A stretch of 64,000 nucleotides of DNA, taken from the IMG/VR virus record IMGVR_UViG_3300043772_001004, positions 38,736-102,735 of that record. The stretch is one strand, 5' to 3'. Under the pieces are notes generated by a model. The model saw nothing but the letters and a program-made list of their open reading frames with translations. It had not been told where the DNA came from and ran no database searches. The position numbers and the translations under genes were made by a program. Positions 10,352-20,226 of this stretch are shown here, one piece after another (the stretch's first letter is position 1; the number at the start of each line of letters is the position of its first letter). The stretch comes from a virus.

Positions 10352-13300
10352 TACCTAAATGAATTTAAAGTTTTGTAATTGCTGAATTTCAATATCATGT
10401 TTATGTCATTACATTGATTTCTTTTTAAATTTAAGAAATTTAAGTAATGTCTGAATTTTTTTCTTTGTAATTCAGATTTATTATAATCCATGTTATTTGG
10501 ATTTAATATTCTAGTGTATCCATCTGCTGCTGTTACCCAAGTATTTTCTGAAGCATAGTTACCTTGAAGTATAGTAGTTCCTGGAATTAAAGGTCCAGTA
10601 GGAGGATAGTTAGAATTAATTGGAAACTCATCTCTATCTCTTGTTATATCCCAAAACTGATTGAATCTATATTTCTGTTCTTCTTTAGCAAATAGAATAT
10701 CATAAGATGATAAGTTAGCACCTAACTTAGGATACTGTAATGATAGTATAACATCATTCTTTGGATATAGATTTAGATTTAAATATCCGGAAACTTGTTC
10801 TGTATTATAAACAACAGCAGTATCAAAATTATAATCTAACACATGATGCTGGTCTATACAACTTCCTGAGTTTCTTCTATAACATTCCAATGCATACTCT
10901 ACTGATCTTGTAGTCATTACTGCCTGACCTGTTACAATTGGGAATTCAATCTCCCAACCAAACTGTTGACCATAGAAGTTACAGAAGTCATCACAGATAT
11001 AATTATGTTTCCAGAAACCATTTTCCTTAGTACTTAAAAATATATCTTTTGTTGGTAATAATAAATCTGGATGCCAGTCATGGAAACTGATCCAGAATTT
11101 AGATTTAGGATCAAAGCTTAATGTCCAAGATGCATTTTCAAATAAGAATGGGTCACCTAATAAAAATCTAGAGTTTTGATTATTATCTAAAATAAAAGCA
11201 TCACCTGTACCATCAGGATTTATTGGAATATATTCTACTCTTCCTTTATATAGATCTTTTAATTTATAATCTTTCTTAGCAAAGTATAAAATGTTACTAG
11301 AGCTGTCATATGTTGATTGACATCCAATTCCTGCAACAGGATTATCCTGCCAAGGATAGCTAGGGAAATCTTCTGTTAATTGATATGGCATATATAAAAT
11401 AAACCACCACTTTAATCCTGCCTGAGATATTTCTTCTAGTCCTTGACCAAATGTAAATACTCGTCCTTGGTTTTGAGACATATAGTATATACCCAATGGA
11501 GTTGATATAACAGATAGTCTGTTTTGTGATGAACCATATTCATATGCCTTATCTGCATTAGATACAGATTGTTGTGGCTGAGAAAATAATCCACCATCCC
11601 CAATAGTAATCTTAGTATTTAAATCTGTCTCAAGTGTATCTACACCTTGATACATTAAAGGACTTTCATTTTTAAATGTAATGAATATACCTGATTTGTT
11701 AATTGACTTAACTCCAGAGATTTGCCCTTTAAATTCTTTATAGTTATTTATAAGGTATATTGACCAGCTATCTTTTATTGCTTCATCTTGCTGAGGCAAT
11801 GAATAAATAATCCTATCCGGTAAGTATGTATAACATAACTTAGATACTGCAGGATTATAGTATCTTGATTGTATGCTACCTGCTGAAAAATACTGGTTGT
11901 AAAGTTTTGACACACTCAATGAGTAATCATATATGTACTCACTAAGTTTACCCATTATTGCTGGGTTCATGTCAAACATAGCAATATAATCTGTGTATCT
12001 ATATGGATCATAATGCTTACCACCTTCTGCTATACTTTGTTTTCTAAAATCTACAAGTACATCTGATTCTACAAAGAAATCTCTGATGCCAGAATTTGCT
12101 AAATAGAAGTATGCATTTCTTACAGAAAATAAACCTTCATACTTACCCACACCTTGTGTAGTGTCTGTTGCATAATCATAATATCTATTTGAATTAACAT
12201 AATAATCCATATTATAAAATGCAGTTGGCACAGGTCCTGTACCAGGAACAGAAGGTCCACTGATGTTTATTAATTCTGATAGATATCCAACATCATAATT
12301 TATACTGTTTACTTTAAATCTTGCATTTGGAATCATAGAATATAAATAGTAGTTATATTCAAAACCATCTGGCTGATCATATAACCAATTGTAAAAGAAC
12401 ATCATGTTGTTCTTCTCAGTGTATCTATTTATATATGTATCTCCCCCAAATACAATTGGTGTTCTTTGTATAGTTTTAAACTGATATGTTATTTGGTCTA
12501 TTGGACATGTCCATGGAATAGGTTGTAAGTTATAATCAGATAATTTTTGTTCACAAGAAGTTACAGCAATTTGATATTCACTACCTAGTTGACCATATTG
12601 ATTTCTAACTCTGTATTTTAATGCTCCATAATGACTTGCAATAGGTAAACTAAAAGATGTATCAAAGTTTTCAAAAGTTGGTAGGGTAGAGTTAATAAAT
12701 GCTGAATCAGAAGAATTTTGTACAACAGTTCCTAATGTAACTAATGATTTATCTCTTATACCTGTAGTAATTAAATTAGGGCCAATGCTTACTCCATCAG
12801 GATATGCTAAATTGTAATAAGGTCCAGATTTAGTACGAACAGTTATTATATCTGATCTTTTTAAATTATTAATTACATAACTAAAATACTGACCAAACTG
12901 ATTTTGATACTTAGGAACATTTTGCAAATTATCTCTAACGTAAAAATTATCTTCAATTGAAAATCTTTTTAACTCAGACTGACCAATTTTTATCATGTTA
13001 CCATAATACCCATGTGCAACAGACTGAAGTGCATATTGTCTATATGGTGTTATAGCATAAAATATTCTTAGTGTTGCTTCCGCACCTTCTGAAAAATAAT
13101 ATGAAATTTGATTTAATCCTCCAATTGCTCTAGTAATTGGATCAAGATAAGCATAGCTTGGCATTTCTACTAAACCTTGTTGAACAATTGGTGTTAATCC
13201 TGTAGCTCCACTTGTAGCATTTAGTGTGTTTATAAATAAATTTTGAGCTTGAGCATAAGATGTATCAGGGTAACCATTTGGACCAATAGGACCTGGATTA

Positions 13301-15834
13301 ATCATAATTAATGCATCAAGAAAAGCATTACCACTTGAATAATAGTTGTCTAAAAAGTTTTGATAGATACTTACAGGAGAAGTTGCTGGTGTTGGTAGTG
13401 TAGTTAGTGCTGTAAGTGCTGCAATTTGAGATGCATCGGTATTTCCAGAAATTAATCTTTGTAAGGTAGCATTTAAATCTGGTTGATTAATTGTTCTCTT
13501 ACCTAATAAAGATACTAAAGCTTCAGCTACTCCAACTACTATCATAGCAGCAACTACAGCATCACTTAACAATTTAAATTGTGGATGGTCACTAGGATTT
13601 TGAAAATTTAAATCTGCATAACCATTTAATGTTCCATATAACTTAAACTCAGATGTTGATAGATATGGTGATCTAAACATTGTATCTGGTGAATGAAATG
13701 TAAAAATATCTGTAGGTATAGTTTGATTGTAAAGTACAGTTACCGGAGGAATAATTTCTTCATTTTTAATATATGGATCATTATATAAAAAATTATGATC
13801 TGATGGGTTTAAAGAAGCTCCTATTGGAACAATTGTATTAAATGGGTAATTTGCATAGAGCCCGGTTTTATTTTGTGCAAGTGCACTTTTATTTTCATAG
13901 CTTCTAAAATTATTAACCATCCCTTTGGCAATAATTGTTTTATTACCTTCTCTAGATCCTCTTAAAATTTCATAACCAACAATACCTGGAATATCATTAC
14001 CATCTTGATCCTTTGGCAATATAATATTTTCAAATACTACTCCCATAATTCTTATGTAGAATTCATCCCCTGAAGTAGTACTGTTTGGATTTGGTCTAAA
14101 GTGCACAGCATCTGTAGATGCATTGTTATTAATAAAATTTTCTGGGAATCTATGATGCCTAATATTTTTACCACATAGATCAAAAGCACCTTCAGTTTGT
14201 CCAACTTGCACTTGTGCTGCAGGACCAGTCCAACAATAATAACTAGAATTCCATATGTCAGGTCTTTTTTCTGGATATGTTTCATCTGATTGCCAATATC
14301 CCATTTCTCCAATAGCAAGTAAAGTACCTCCATCTGGTAATACCCATTGACCATTTACAAGTGTTGCTCCCGGAAGAGTTGCTGGGTATAACAATTGTGT
14401 TGCTGTATTATATACTTCAAATACACTGTCATCTGTTGCTAATGCATTTTGATCATGAGTTACTAAAAAATTATCTGCCTCATTCATTACTATTCCACCA
14501 GGTATTTGAAAGTTCCTAGGAGCTCTTCCTGGAATATGATAAGAAGCAGATTTATCTCCAGTGTCATATACCCATCTTATGTAAAAGGTATATACTTCAT
14601 CTCTAAGATAATTTGTTTTATTGCCACCCTTTATATAATAATCAGCTGGATATTCAACACTAGCCCATCTTGCTTGAATCATATTTGCAAGTGGTTGATA
14701 ATTAAAATCAAATCTAGATCTTGGACCAACTCTTAAAAGATAATTATTTACATCTGTCATTTGATCAGATGTTTCATATACTGGAGTTGTAATAGGTAAT
14801 TGCTCTAATGGAATTTTTACAAGACTAGGGTTAATTAAATCTAATTCTATTCTAGAAGTTTTAGTTGAGTAAAATCCAATTTGATAACCTACTGTTTGTT
14901 GATTTACAGTAGCAACAAGAACTAAAACAAACTCATCAAAGTTTTCAGAATCTGCATCTACAGTTAATGTTAATGAACCTTCTATATCTCTAACATTATA
15001 AATAAATTGATTATTACTTTGTGAAAAGAAATCTGTAACTCTTTGACCTTTTATTGTATATGCTATTAGTGCAAAGTAAGTTCCATTAGATAATGTTCCA
15101 CCAGATTGTCCCAATGTTAAGTTAAGACATGGTGTTTCCATCAATCTAGCTAATCTTGTTTTTGGACAATCTAATCTATTAATATTATTACAAAATTCAC
15201 ATGGTGTTGCTGGTGTACATTTTTCTTCCCAATGAACTCCTGGCCATAAGAAAGTTGTATCAACTCCATTAGAATAATAATTCATTGTTGCTGATGTGCC
15301 ACCTAGCCATGAGTAATCTGGAGTTGGCCAAGTTCTAGGGTCACCAATATTTAAAAATCTATCAGGATTAAATCCATCAGCCCAGTATACTTGCCAAGAA
15401 CAATCTTCTTTTTCTCTTGATGATCCAGATATAAGATATCTTTTGTCAAAGTTTAAACAAGGGTCCTGAACTATCTCTCTATATTTACATACATCTTCTT
15501 CTAATAATCCTATTTCTGATGTAATTCTTTTACCTGTATTATCATGTCCTGCAGTAAAAACAACCCACTTGTCAGAATATAAATAAATAGCACCGATGAT
15601 ATATTTTTTAGTTACAGTAAGAGGCATTGATGTTCCTGTTGCTGAGCACAAGAAATTTGATGTCTCATTTGATAATGTTCCTATGTCACCTTCAATTGTA
15701 TTGTTTACAGCATTTACTGCATGCGTCCACATACCCTCTGACACAAATGAAGGGTCAGAGTCTTTATTTAAACCTTTAATAAAAGAGCTTGTGGTGACCT
15801 TACCAGTTTCTTGTAAACCTTGTTTCTTTGCCAT
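10351..15834 (-). CDS. Tail stabilisation/muzzle protein (crAss-like)
   Basis: 1827 aa. N-terminal FIKGLNKDSDP..NAVN pattern and C-terminal WISFHDWHP. Position after ring proteins. Confidence 0.75.
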   Translation of the reverse strand: MAKKQGLQETGKVTTSSFIKGLNKDSDPSFVSEGMWTHAVNAVNNTIEGDIGTLSNETSNFLCSATGTSMPLTVTKKYIIGAIYLYSDKWVVFTAGHDNTGKRITSEIGLLEEDVCKYREIVQDPCLNFDKRYLISGSSREKEDCSWQVYWADGFNPDRFLNIGDPRTWPTPDYSWLGGTSATMNYYSNGVDTTFLWPGVHWEEKCTPATPCEFCNNINRLDCPKTRLARLMETPCLNLTLGQSGGTLSNGTYFALIAYTIKGQRVTDFFSQSNNQFIYNVRDIEGSLTLTVDADSENFDEFVLVLVATVNQQTVGYQIGFYSTKTSRIELDLINPSLVKIPLEQLPITTPVYETSDQMTDVNNYLLRVGPRSRFDFNYQPLANMIQARWASVEYPADYYIKGGNKTNYLRDEVYTFYIRWVYDTGDKSASYHIPGRAPRNFQIPGGIVMNEADNFLVTHDQNALATDDSVFEVYNTATQLLYPATLPGATLVNGQWVLPDGGTLLAIGEMGYWQSDETYPEKRPDIWNSSYYCWTGPAAQVQVGQTEGAFDLCGKNIRHHRFPENFINNNASTDAVHFRPNPNSTTSGDEFYIRIMGVVFENIILPKDQDGNDIPGIVGYEILRGSREGNKTIIAKGMVNNFRSYENKSALAQNKTGLYANYPFNTIVPIGASLNPSDHNFLYNDPYIKNEEIIPPVTVLYNQTIPTDIFTFHSPDTMFRSPYLSTSEFKLYGTLNGYADLNFQNPSDHPQFKLLSDAVVAAMIVVGVAEALVSLLGKRTINQPDLNATLQRLISGNTDASQIAALTALTTLPTPATSPVSIYQNFLDNYYSSGNAFLDALIMINPGPIGPNGYPDTSYAQAQNLFINTLNATSGATGLTPIVQQGLVEMPSYAYLDPITRAIGGLNQISYYFSEGAEATLRIFYAITPYRQYALQSVAHGYYGNMIKIGQSELKRFSIEDNFYVRDNLQNVPKYQNQFGQYFSYVINNLKRSDIITVRTKSGPYYNLAYPDGVSIGPNLITTGIRDKSLVTLGTVVQNSSDSAFINSTLPTFENFDTSFSLPIASHYGALKYRVRNQYGQLGSEYQIAVTSCEQKLSDYNLQPIPWTCPIDQITYQFKTIQRTPIVFGGDTYINRYTEKNNMMFFYNWLYDQPDGFEYNYYLYSMIPNARFKVNSINYDVGYLSELINISGPSVPGTGPVPTAFYNMDYYVNSNRYYDYATDTTQGVGKYEGLFSVRNAYFYLANSGIRDFFVESDVLVDFRKQSIAEGGKHYDPYRYTDYIAMFDMNPAIMGKLSEYIYDYSLSVSKLYNQYFSAGSIQSRYYNPAVSKLCYTYLPDRIIYSLPQQDEAIKDSWSIYLINNYKEFKGQISGVKSINKSGIFITFKNESPLMYQGVDTLETDLNTKITIGDGGLFSQPQQSVSNADKAYEYGSSQNRLSVISTPLGIYYMSQNQGRVFTFGQGLEEISQAGLKWWFILYMPYQLTEDFPSYPWQDNPVAGIGCQSTYDSSSNILYFAKKDYKLKDLYKGRVEYIPINPDGTGDAFILDNNQNSRFLLGDPFLFENASWTLSFDPKSKFWISFHDWHPDLLLPTKDIFLSTKENGFWKHNYICDDFCNFYGQQFGWEIEFPIVTGQAVMTTRSVEYALECYRRNSGSCIDQHHVLDYNFDTAVVYNTEQVSGYLNLNLYPKNDVILSLQYPKLGANLSSYDILFAKEEQKYRFNQFWDITRDRDEFPINSNYPPTGPLIPGTTILQGNYASENTWVTAADGYTRILNPNNMDYNKSELQRKKFRHYLNFLNLKRNQCNDINMILKFSNYKTLNSFR

Positions 15835-15836
15835 AA

Positions 15837-16883
15837 TTATACAACTTGAATGCTTCTTGCGTTTCTATAATAAGGATTGTTAGGTGAATAACTTTGGAAC
15901 ATTGTATAATACTTACCATACATAGCTTTTCTGTTTGTCCACCACATTTTTTCCATCTCTTTAAAGTTTGGTGTGTTAACTAAACTGAGTGCTTGATTTC
16001 TTGCAGTCTTAAGTCTTTGTTCTATCAATTGCATTCTTTGTGCAACATCTTCACCATTTAAATATAAGTTTTCAAAGATCCTTGACTTTAGTGCATACTC
16101 ATAATATTCATTTAAAAGATCATGATCTGGAACCATTAAATTCCCTTGGTCATCTTCCATTTGACCTTGATAGTTTAAATAAACTTTTCCTGTTTCAAAT
16201 GTTGTAAATAAAAATCCTCCTTTAATCCAACCTTGATTGTTTGTGTTGTAATAAAGATTTGGGCAGTCACATTCTATTTCTTGACTTGCCTTCATTCTTA
16301 ATGGAATTAAATCAGTATACACTCTTGTTGTTCCTGTATTGTTCATTACTTGAACTAGTTCCCATTTCTCCCCTTTACAGTTCATAAATACTCTTGGAGC
16401 AATACAAGTATTACCATAAGGATTTAATGGATCATAAGCTGTAGGTATTGGGTCTACTATAGGATGATTAAGGTCACATGCTGCAGTTTGATTACATGGA
16501 TGAGAGTTACATGTTCTACAGTTCACTGTTGGTGGAGCACATACATCTATAGTAGATGGTACTTCTTGATAAGGTACTTCTACTATTGTTGTTCCACCTG
16601 AAGCTGCATCATACCCTAGACGCTCTACATAGTTACCACAAATAAATGCAAAATTAAATGTGTAAAAATCATCAGGCAGTTTAACTTTATTGTGACATAC
16701 ATCTAGTATGATTTCTTTTTGCTGATTGATTCTTAAACCTAAATCATAGTTTATTTTTTTGGTAAGTTTAATAAGCTGTTGTGGCTCTATTAAATTTTCT
16801 AAAGCAAAAGTATTTAAGTCAACTGTTACATCTTCTAACAATTGGTCAAATGTTCTGTATCTAAGAGTATAATTAAAATCCAT
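15837..16883 (-). CDS. Tail tubular/ring protein with Cys-rich insert
   Basis: KVKLPDDF and G-x-VYLNY..DDQGNLMVPD pattern of crAss-like ring proteins; synteny. Confidence 0.65.
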   Translation of the reverse strand: MDFNYTLRYRTFDQLLEDVTVDLNTFALENLIEPQQLIKLTKKINYDLGLRINQQKEIILDVCHNKVKLPDDFYTFNFAFICGNYVERLGYDAASGGTTIVEVPYQEVPSTIDVCAPPTVNCRTCNSHPCNQTAACDLNHPIVDPIPTAYDPLNPYGNTCIAPRVFMNCKGEKWELVQVMNNTGTTRVYTDLIPLRMKASQEIECDCPNLYYNTNNQGWIKGGFLFTTFETGKVYLNYQGQMEDDQGNLMVPDHDLLNEYYEYALKSRIFENLYLNGEDVAQRMQLIEQRLKTARNQALSLVNTPNFKEMEKMWWTNRKAMYGKYYTMFQSYSPNNPYYRNARSIQVV

Positions 16884-17548
16884 TATCTAAGAGTGTTTTG
16901 ACCATCATCAGCACCATCTGAAGGTACTTGCATAGTCATGGTTAATTCTTTAATTACAAATTGCTCTACTTCAGAAAATAAATATTCTGGAATATTCAGT
17001 TGTTTATCTTGAGCTATTTCACATTGTTCTTTATCATTGCAAGGATCAGTAACTCCGTCAAATACTGCCTCTACTTTAATTGCTTCCCAATCAATATTAG
17101 GTGCATATAAGTAACCATTTAAATACCAGAAATACTTTCTAGTGTTATATTTAAATGTTGTTGTTTTAGTCATAGAAACCCAAGTACCTGGATCTGTTCT
17201 AAACATTTCTATACTACCATCTATTGAAGACACTGTACGTATAATAGGTCCCATTGCACCATTGAGAATAGTTGGAAGCTTTTCTTTTGATCTTTTAAAG
17301 TAACATCCTGAATAAACTCCAAAACAACCAGCCTCTACCTTATCTACATCAATAAGCTCTACATAGGGAAGAACTTGAAAGATTGAACTAATCTTCATTA
17401 ACCTAAACTGGTTGTCTTCTCTCTTCATAAGAGTTTGACCATACTTTAGCAATGAGCTATAAATTACCCTATCAGTTAAGAACGGATCTTCCTTAACTGC
17501 TTTTAGAGTATTTCTAACTCTTGATATTGCTTCTCCAATAGTTGTCAT
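16883..17548 (-). CDS. Tail ring/adaptor protein
   Basis: Synteny; YFWYLNGYLY..VEAVF and C-terminal D..DD pattern of crAss-like ring proteins. Confidence 0.6.
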   Translation of the reverse strand: MTTIGEAISRVRNTLKAVKEDPFLTDRVIYSSLLKYGQTLMKREDNQFRLMKISSIFQVLPYVELIDVDKVEAGCFGVYSGCYFKRSKEKLPTILNGAMGPIIRTVSSIDGSIEMFRTDPGTWVSMTKTTTFKYNTRKYFWYLNGYLYAPNIDWEAIKVEAVFDGVTDPCNDKEQCEIAQDKQLNIPEYLFSEVEQFVIKELTMTMQVPSDGADDGQNTLR

Positions 17549-18126
17549 AGTTCAAATTCATTATAGTTTTCTAATTTTTTCTTATCAGCACTAATAAGAT
17601 AATCTGCATAAAGTTTTCCAGTATATAGCTTATCTATTTTAGCTGTGGGTAAAACCTGCAAATAAATATTCCAGTTTTCTGTATATGCTTTTGCTACTGC
17701 TCTTTTAAATTCTCTGCATGCAGTAAATCCCCAAAATTCTCTATTCTTCATTTTGTGTTTAGGAGCATAGTTTGAAAAAAATATTTTAGCAAGTTTACCA
17801 TCTGTTTCCCAGTTTTTATTTGTTACCGCAACACCATACTTATTAGACTTAGCAAAATCAATATTATCTTTCTTACTTGTTTGACATGTTCCAATAAATA
17901 ACCATCCCACCTGCTCTGGTAACAATACTCCATCTCTTGTATCAATAACTGTCTGATATAAAATTTGATTAAATCTTTTAATGATCTTTCTCAAATCTTT
18001 ATCATCCATGTTTTTATACTTAGGATGTTTCTTTTTAAAACTTTCAAAGAACTCTTTGTTCATTGTTGTGTGCACGTCAGGTCTATACCTGGGAGCAGTA
18101 AGATCTGGCTTTTTAAATTCCTTCAT
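17545..18126 (-). CDS. HU/IHF-like DNA-binding protein
   Basis: Helical N-part, GVLLPEQVGWLFI and FTACREFKR resemble the IHF-like gene found at this position in crAss-like phages. Confidence 0.55.
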   Translation of the reverse strand: MKEFKKPDLTAPRYRPDVHTTMNKEFFESFKKKHPKYKNMDDKDLRKIIKRFNQILYQTVIDTRDGVLLPEQVGWLFIGTCQTSKKDNIDFAKSNKYGVAVTNKNWETDGKLAKIFFSNYAPKHKMKNREFWGFTACREFKRAVAKAYTENWNIYLQVLPTAKIDKLYTGKLYADYLISADKKKLENYNEFEL

Positions 18127-18249
18127 ACTATACTATTTAATATACTAAAAAATAATGACTTTAACAAATATAGGAATAAAAGCAAAACCCCCGCTAGTGC
18201 AGGGGTTCTACCCGTTGTTACAGAAACCAACAAACTGCAACTTTATATT

Positions 18250-18495
18250 TTAACAGAAGTAAGCAACAATTAACTGTAGTGCTTCTGCCATATTTGTATT
18301 AGTAGGTACAACAACCTCTAAACCACAAAGAATTGGATCTCCTGTGTATACTACACATTCTGCATCAAAAACTTCAGAACATGTTAAAGGTGTTGGGCAT
18401 CCTGCTGGAGTTGGACATGGTGCAGGAGATACTAGAGCAGTATCTGAACATCCGCATTTTTTACATCCACAAGAAGTACAAGTATTATGAGCCAT
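18250..18495 (-). CDS. Small Cys-rich structural protein
   Basis: Cys-rich; CVVYTGDPILC motif shared with the adjacent gene 18507..20207 (CVIWQGPDIPC). Confidence 0.55.
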   Translation of the reverse strand: MAHNTCTSCGCKKCGCSDTALVSPAPCPTPAGCPTPLTCSEVFDAECVVYTGDPILCGLEVVVPTNTNMAEALQLIVAYFC

Positions 18496-18506
18496 AGTTT
18501 AATTTA

Positions 18507-20207
18507 TTAAGGACAAACAATTGGTGTTGGTATATCAGTAGTACAAGGATCTATATATGCAACTAAGCCATCAAGTTGAATTCTAAATCCAGCAACTTGT
18601 TGCTCATCATTTGCATTGCAAGCAAAAGGATACGTTAGTGCTGCATTATATTCCATATCTAGTGCAATAGTTCCAGCTGCAGCATTACTATTCACATTAG
18701 TATTAGCATTATTAAATGATGGAACATAGTCTCCCAATCTAACATGTGATACAATATAATTTAAATGTGAAGTGTTAAGACCACCTGATCCCGAAAAGGC
18801 ATTTTGTTCAGCATTTTTAGGAAGAGAAAGGGTTAGTATTTTATTTGCAGTAATTGAAATATTAAACAATCCAGATAAAATACTACTTGTTACTGGAGAA
18901 GCATCAACTTGTATTGGTCTTGCTCCAATTAAAAAATTAGTTGAATATGTATTATCAAATACCTCACCTGCACCCATAATAGAAGCTGGTATAACTGAGT
19001 TACCTTGATTAAATGTAACTGAACCAGCAGCTGATGTAACTACTGATCCTGCTCCAACAGAAGCTGGTGTAACAGTAGTAGAAAGATAGTAAGTATCTAC
19101 AGCAGGTGCAAAACCATAGTTCCATCCTAAAACAGAACCAGTTCCATCATCAATTGGAATAACTAGAAGTCCTCTAAAGTGTACAACATTACCAATTCTT
19201 CTTGCTTGTGGTACAAGAGTTGATCCAGTAGTTCCTGAGTAATATCCAAATCCATCAAGATCTACCCAACCTGTATCTAATAGTTTTGCAGAAAAAGTAT
19301 GTGCAGGTCCACTAGATACAGTTAATTGTATTGTTGATGTTGTATCTCCGGTAAAGGTTAATGATGTTAAATAGTTATAAATATCACAAACAGTAATCCA
19401 TAAATTAGTAATTGCATCTGCTACTGTTGTTGGTGTGTTTACCCAACTACCTAAGTATTCAGTTGCAAATGGAACTGGAGGATTTGTTAGTGTTACTGAT
19501 GTATTTGCAATACACTGACTTAATACAGAACTTGCAATTGCTGAAGGTAATCCTGTTGATGTCAATAATGCACAATAACCATAAGTATTATCATTTACTA
19601 ATGCATTAAGAACAATATCAATTGTATATGTATTTCCTGCAATTACTGTTGGATTAGATAATGTACAGTCTACTGAAATTGATGGAGTAGTAAATGATGG
19701 AGGAGGAGCACTTTCTAATGCTGTAACTCTAATATTTAAATTATCTAGTTGAGTATTAATAAGAGTTATCTGATCAACAATAGAACAAATTTTAGCACCC
19801 ATTGCTTGAGCATATTCAGCAATAGTCATTACAGTTGTTGTACCAATAACAAAACATGGAGCAATAGAAACAAGAGTATCTGCACCTGTTGATTTAGGTA
19901 CAGATCCTGGTGTTGCAGCTTCTGCTGCATTTACTGCTTCAAGATCACAAATTCTTCCAATTAAAAACTGAATTAACTCTTGAATATTTTGAGGCTTACA
20001 ACTTGCTAAATCAAAACAAGATAAGTCATAACCATTAACATCCAAAAGATCCATGATGTTACAAAGCTCCATACCAAGCTTGTAAACTACATTAGATACT
20101 GTATCTCCCGTACAAAGTTTAATACATGGAATATCTGGACCTTGCCAAATCACACAGTTACTTGAGATTGGGCTACATGGACTGTTATCTAAATTTATAG
20201 GTTTCAT
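18507..20207 (-). CDS. Putative tail fibre / fibre-hub protein
   Basis: CVIWQGPDIPC N-terminal motif, coiled coil (LNIRVTALE), DTGWVDL..RRIGNVVHFRG fibre-tip-like motif. Confidence 0.6.
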   Translation of the reverse strand: MKPINLDNSPCSPISSNCVIWQGPDIPCIKLCTGDTVSNVVYKLGMELCNIMDLLDVNGYDLSCFDLASCKPQNIQELIQFLIGRICDLEAVNAAEAATPGSVPKSTGADTLVSIAPCFVIGTTTVMTIAEYAQAMGAKICSIVDQITLINTQLDNLNIRVTALESAPPPSFTTPSISVDCTLSNPTVIAGNTYTIDIVLNALVNDNTYGYCALLTSTGLPSAIASSVLSQCIANTSVTLTNPPVPFATEYLGSWVNTPTTVADAITNLWITVCDIYNYLTSLTFTGDTTSTIQLTVSSGPAHTFSAKLLDTGWVDLDGFGYYSGTTGSTLVPQARRIGNVVHFRGLLVIPIDDGTGSVLGWNYGFAPAVDTYYLSTTVTPASVGAGSVVTSAAGSVTFNQGNSVIPASIMGAGEVFDNTYSTNFLIGARPIQVDASPVTSSILSGLFNISITANKILTLSLPKNAEQNAFSGSGGLNTSHLNYIVSHVRLGDYVPSFNNANTNVNSNAAAGTIALDMEYNAALTYPFACNANDEQQVAGFRIQLDGLVAYIDPCTTDIPTPIVCP

Positions 20208-20226
20208 ATCTATAATATACTAATTA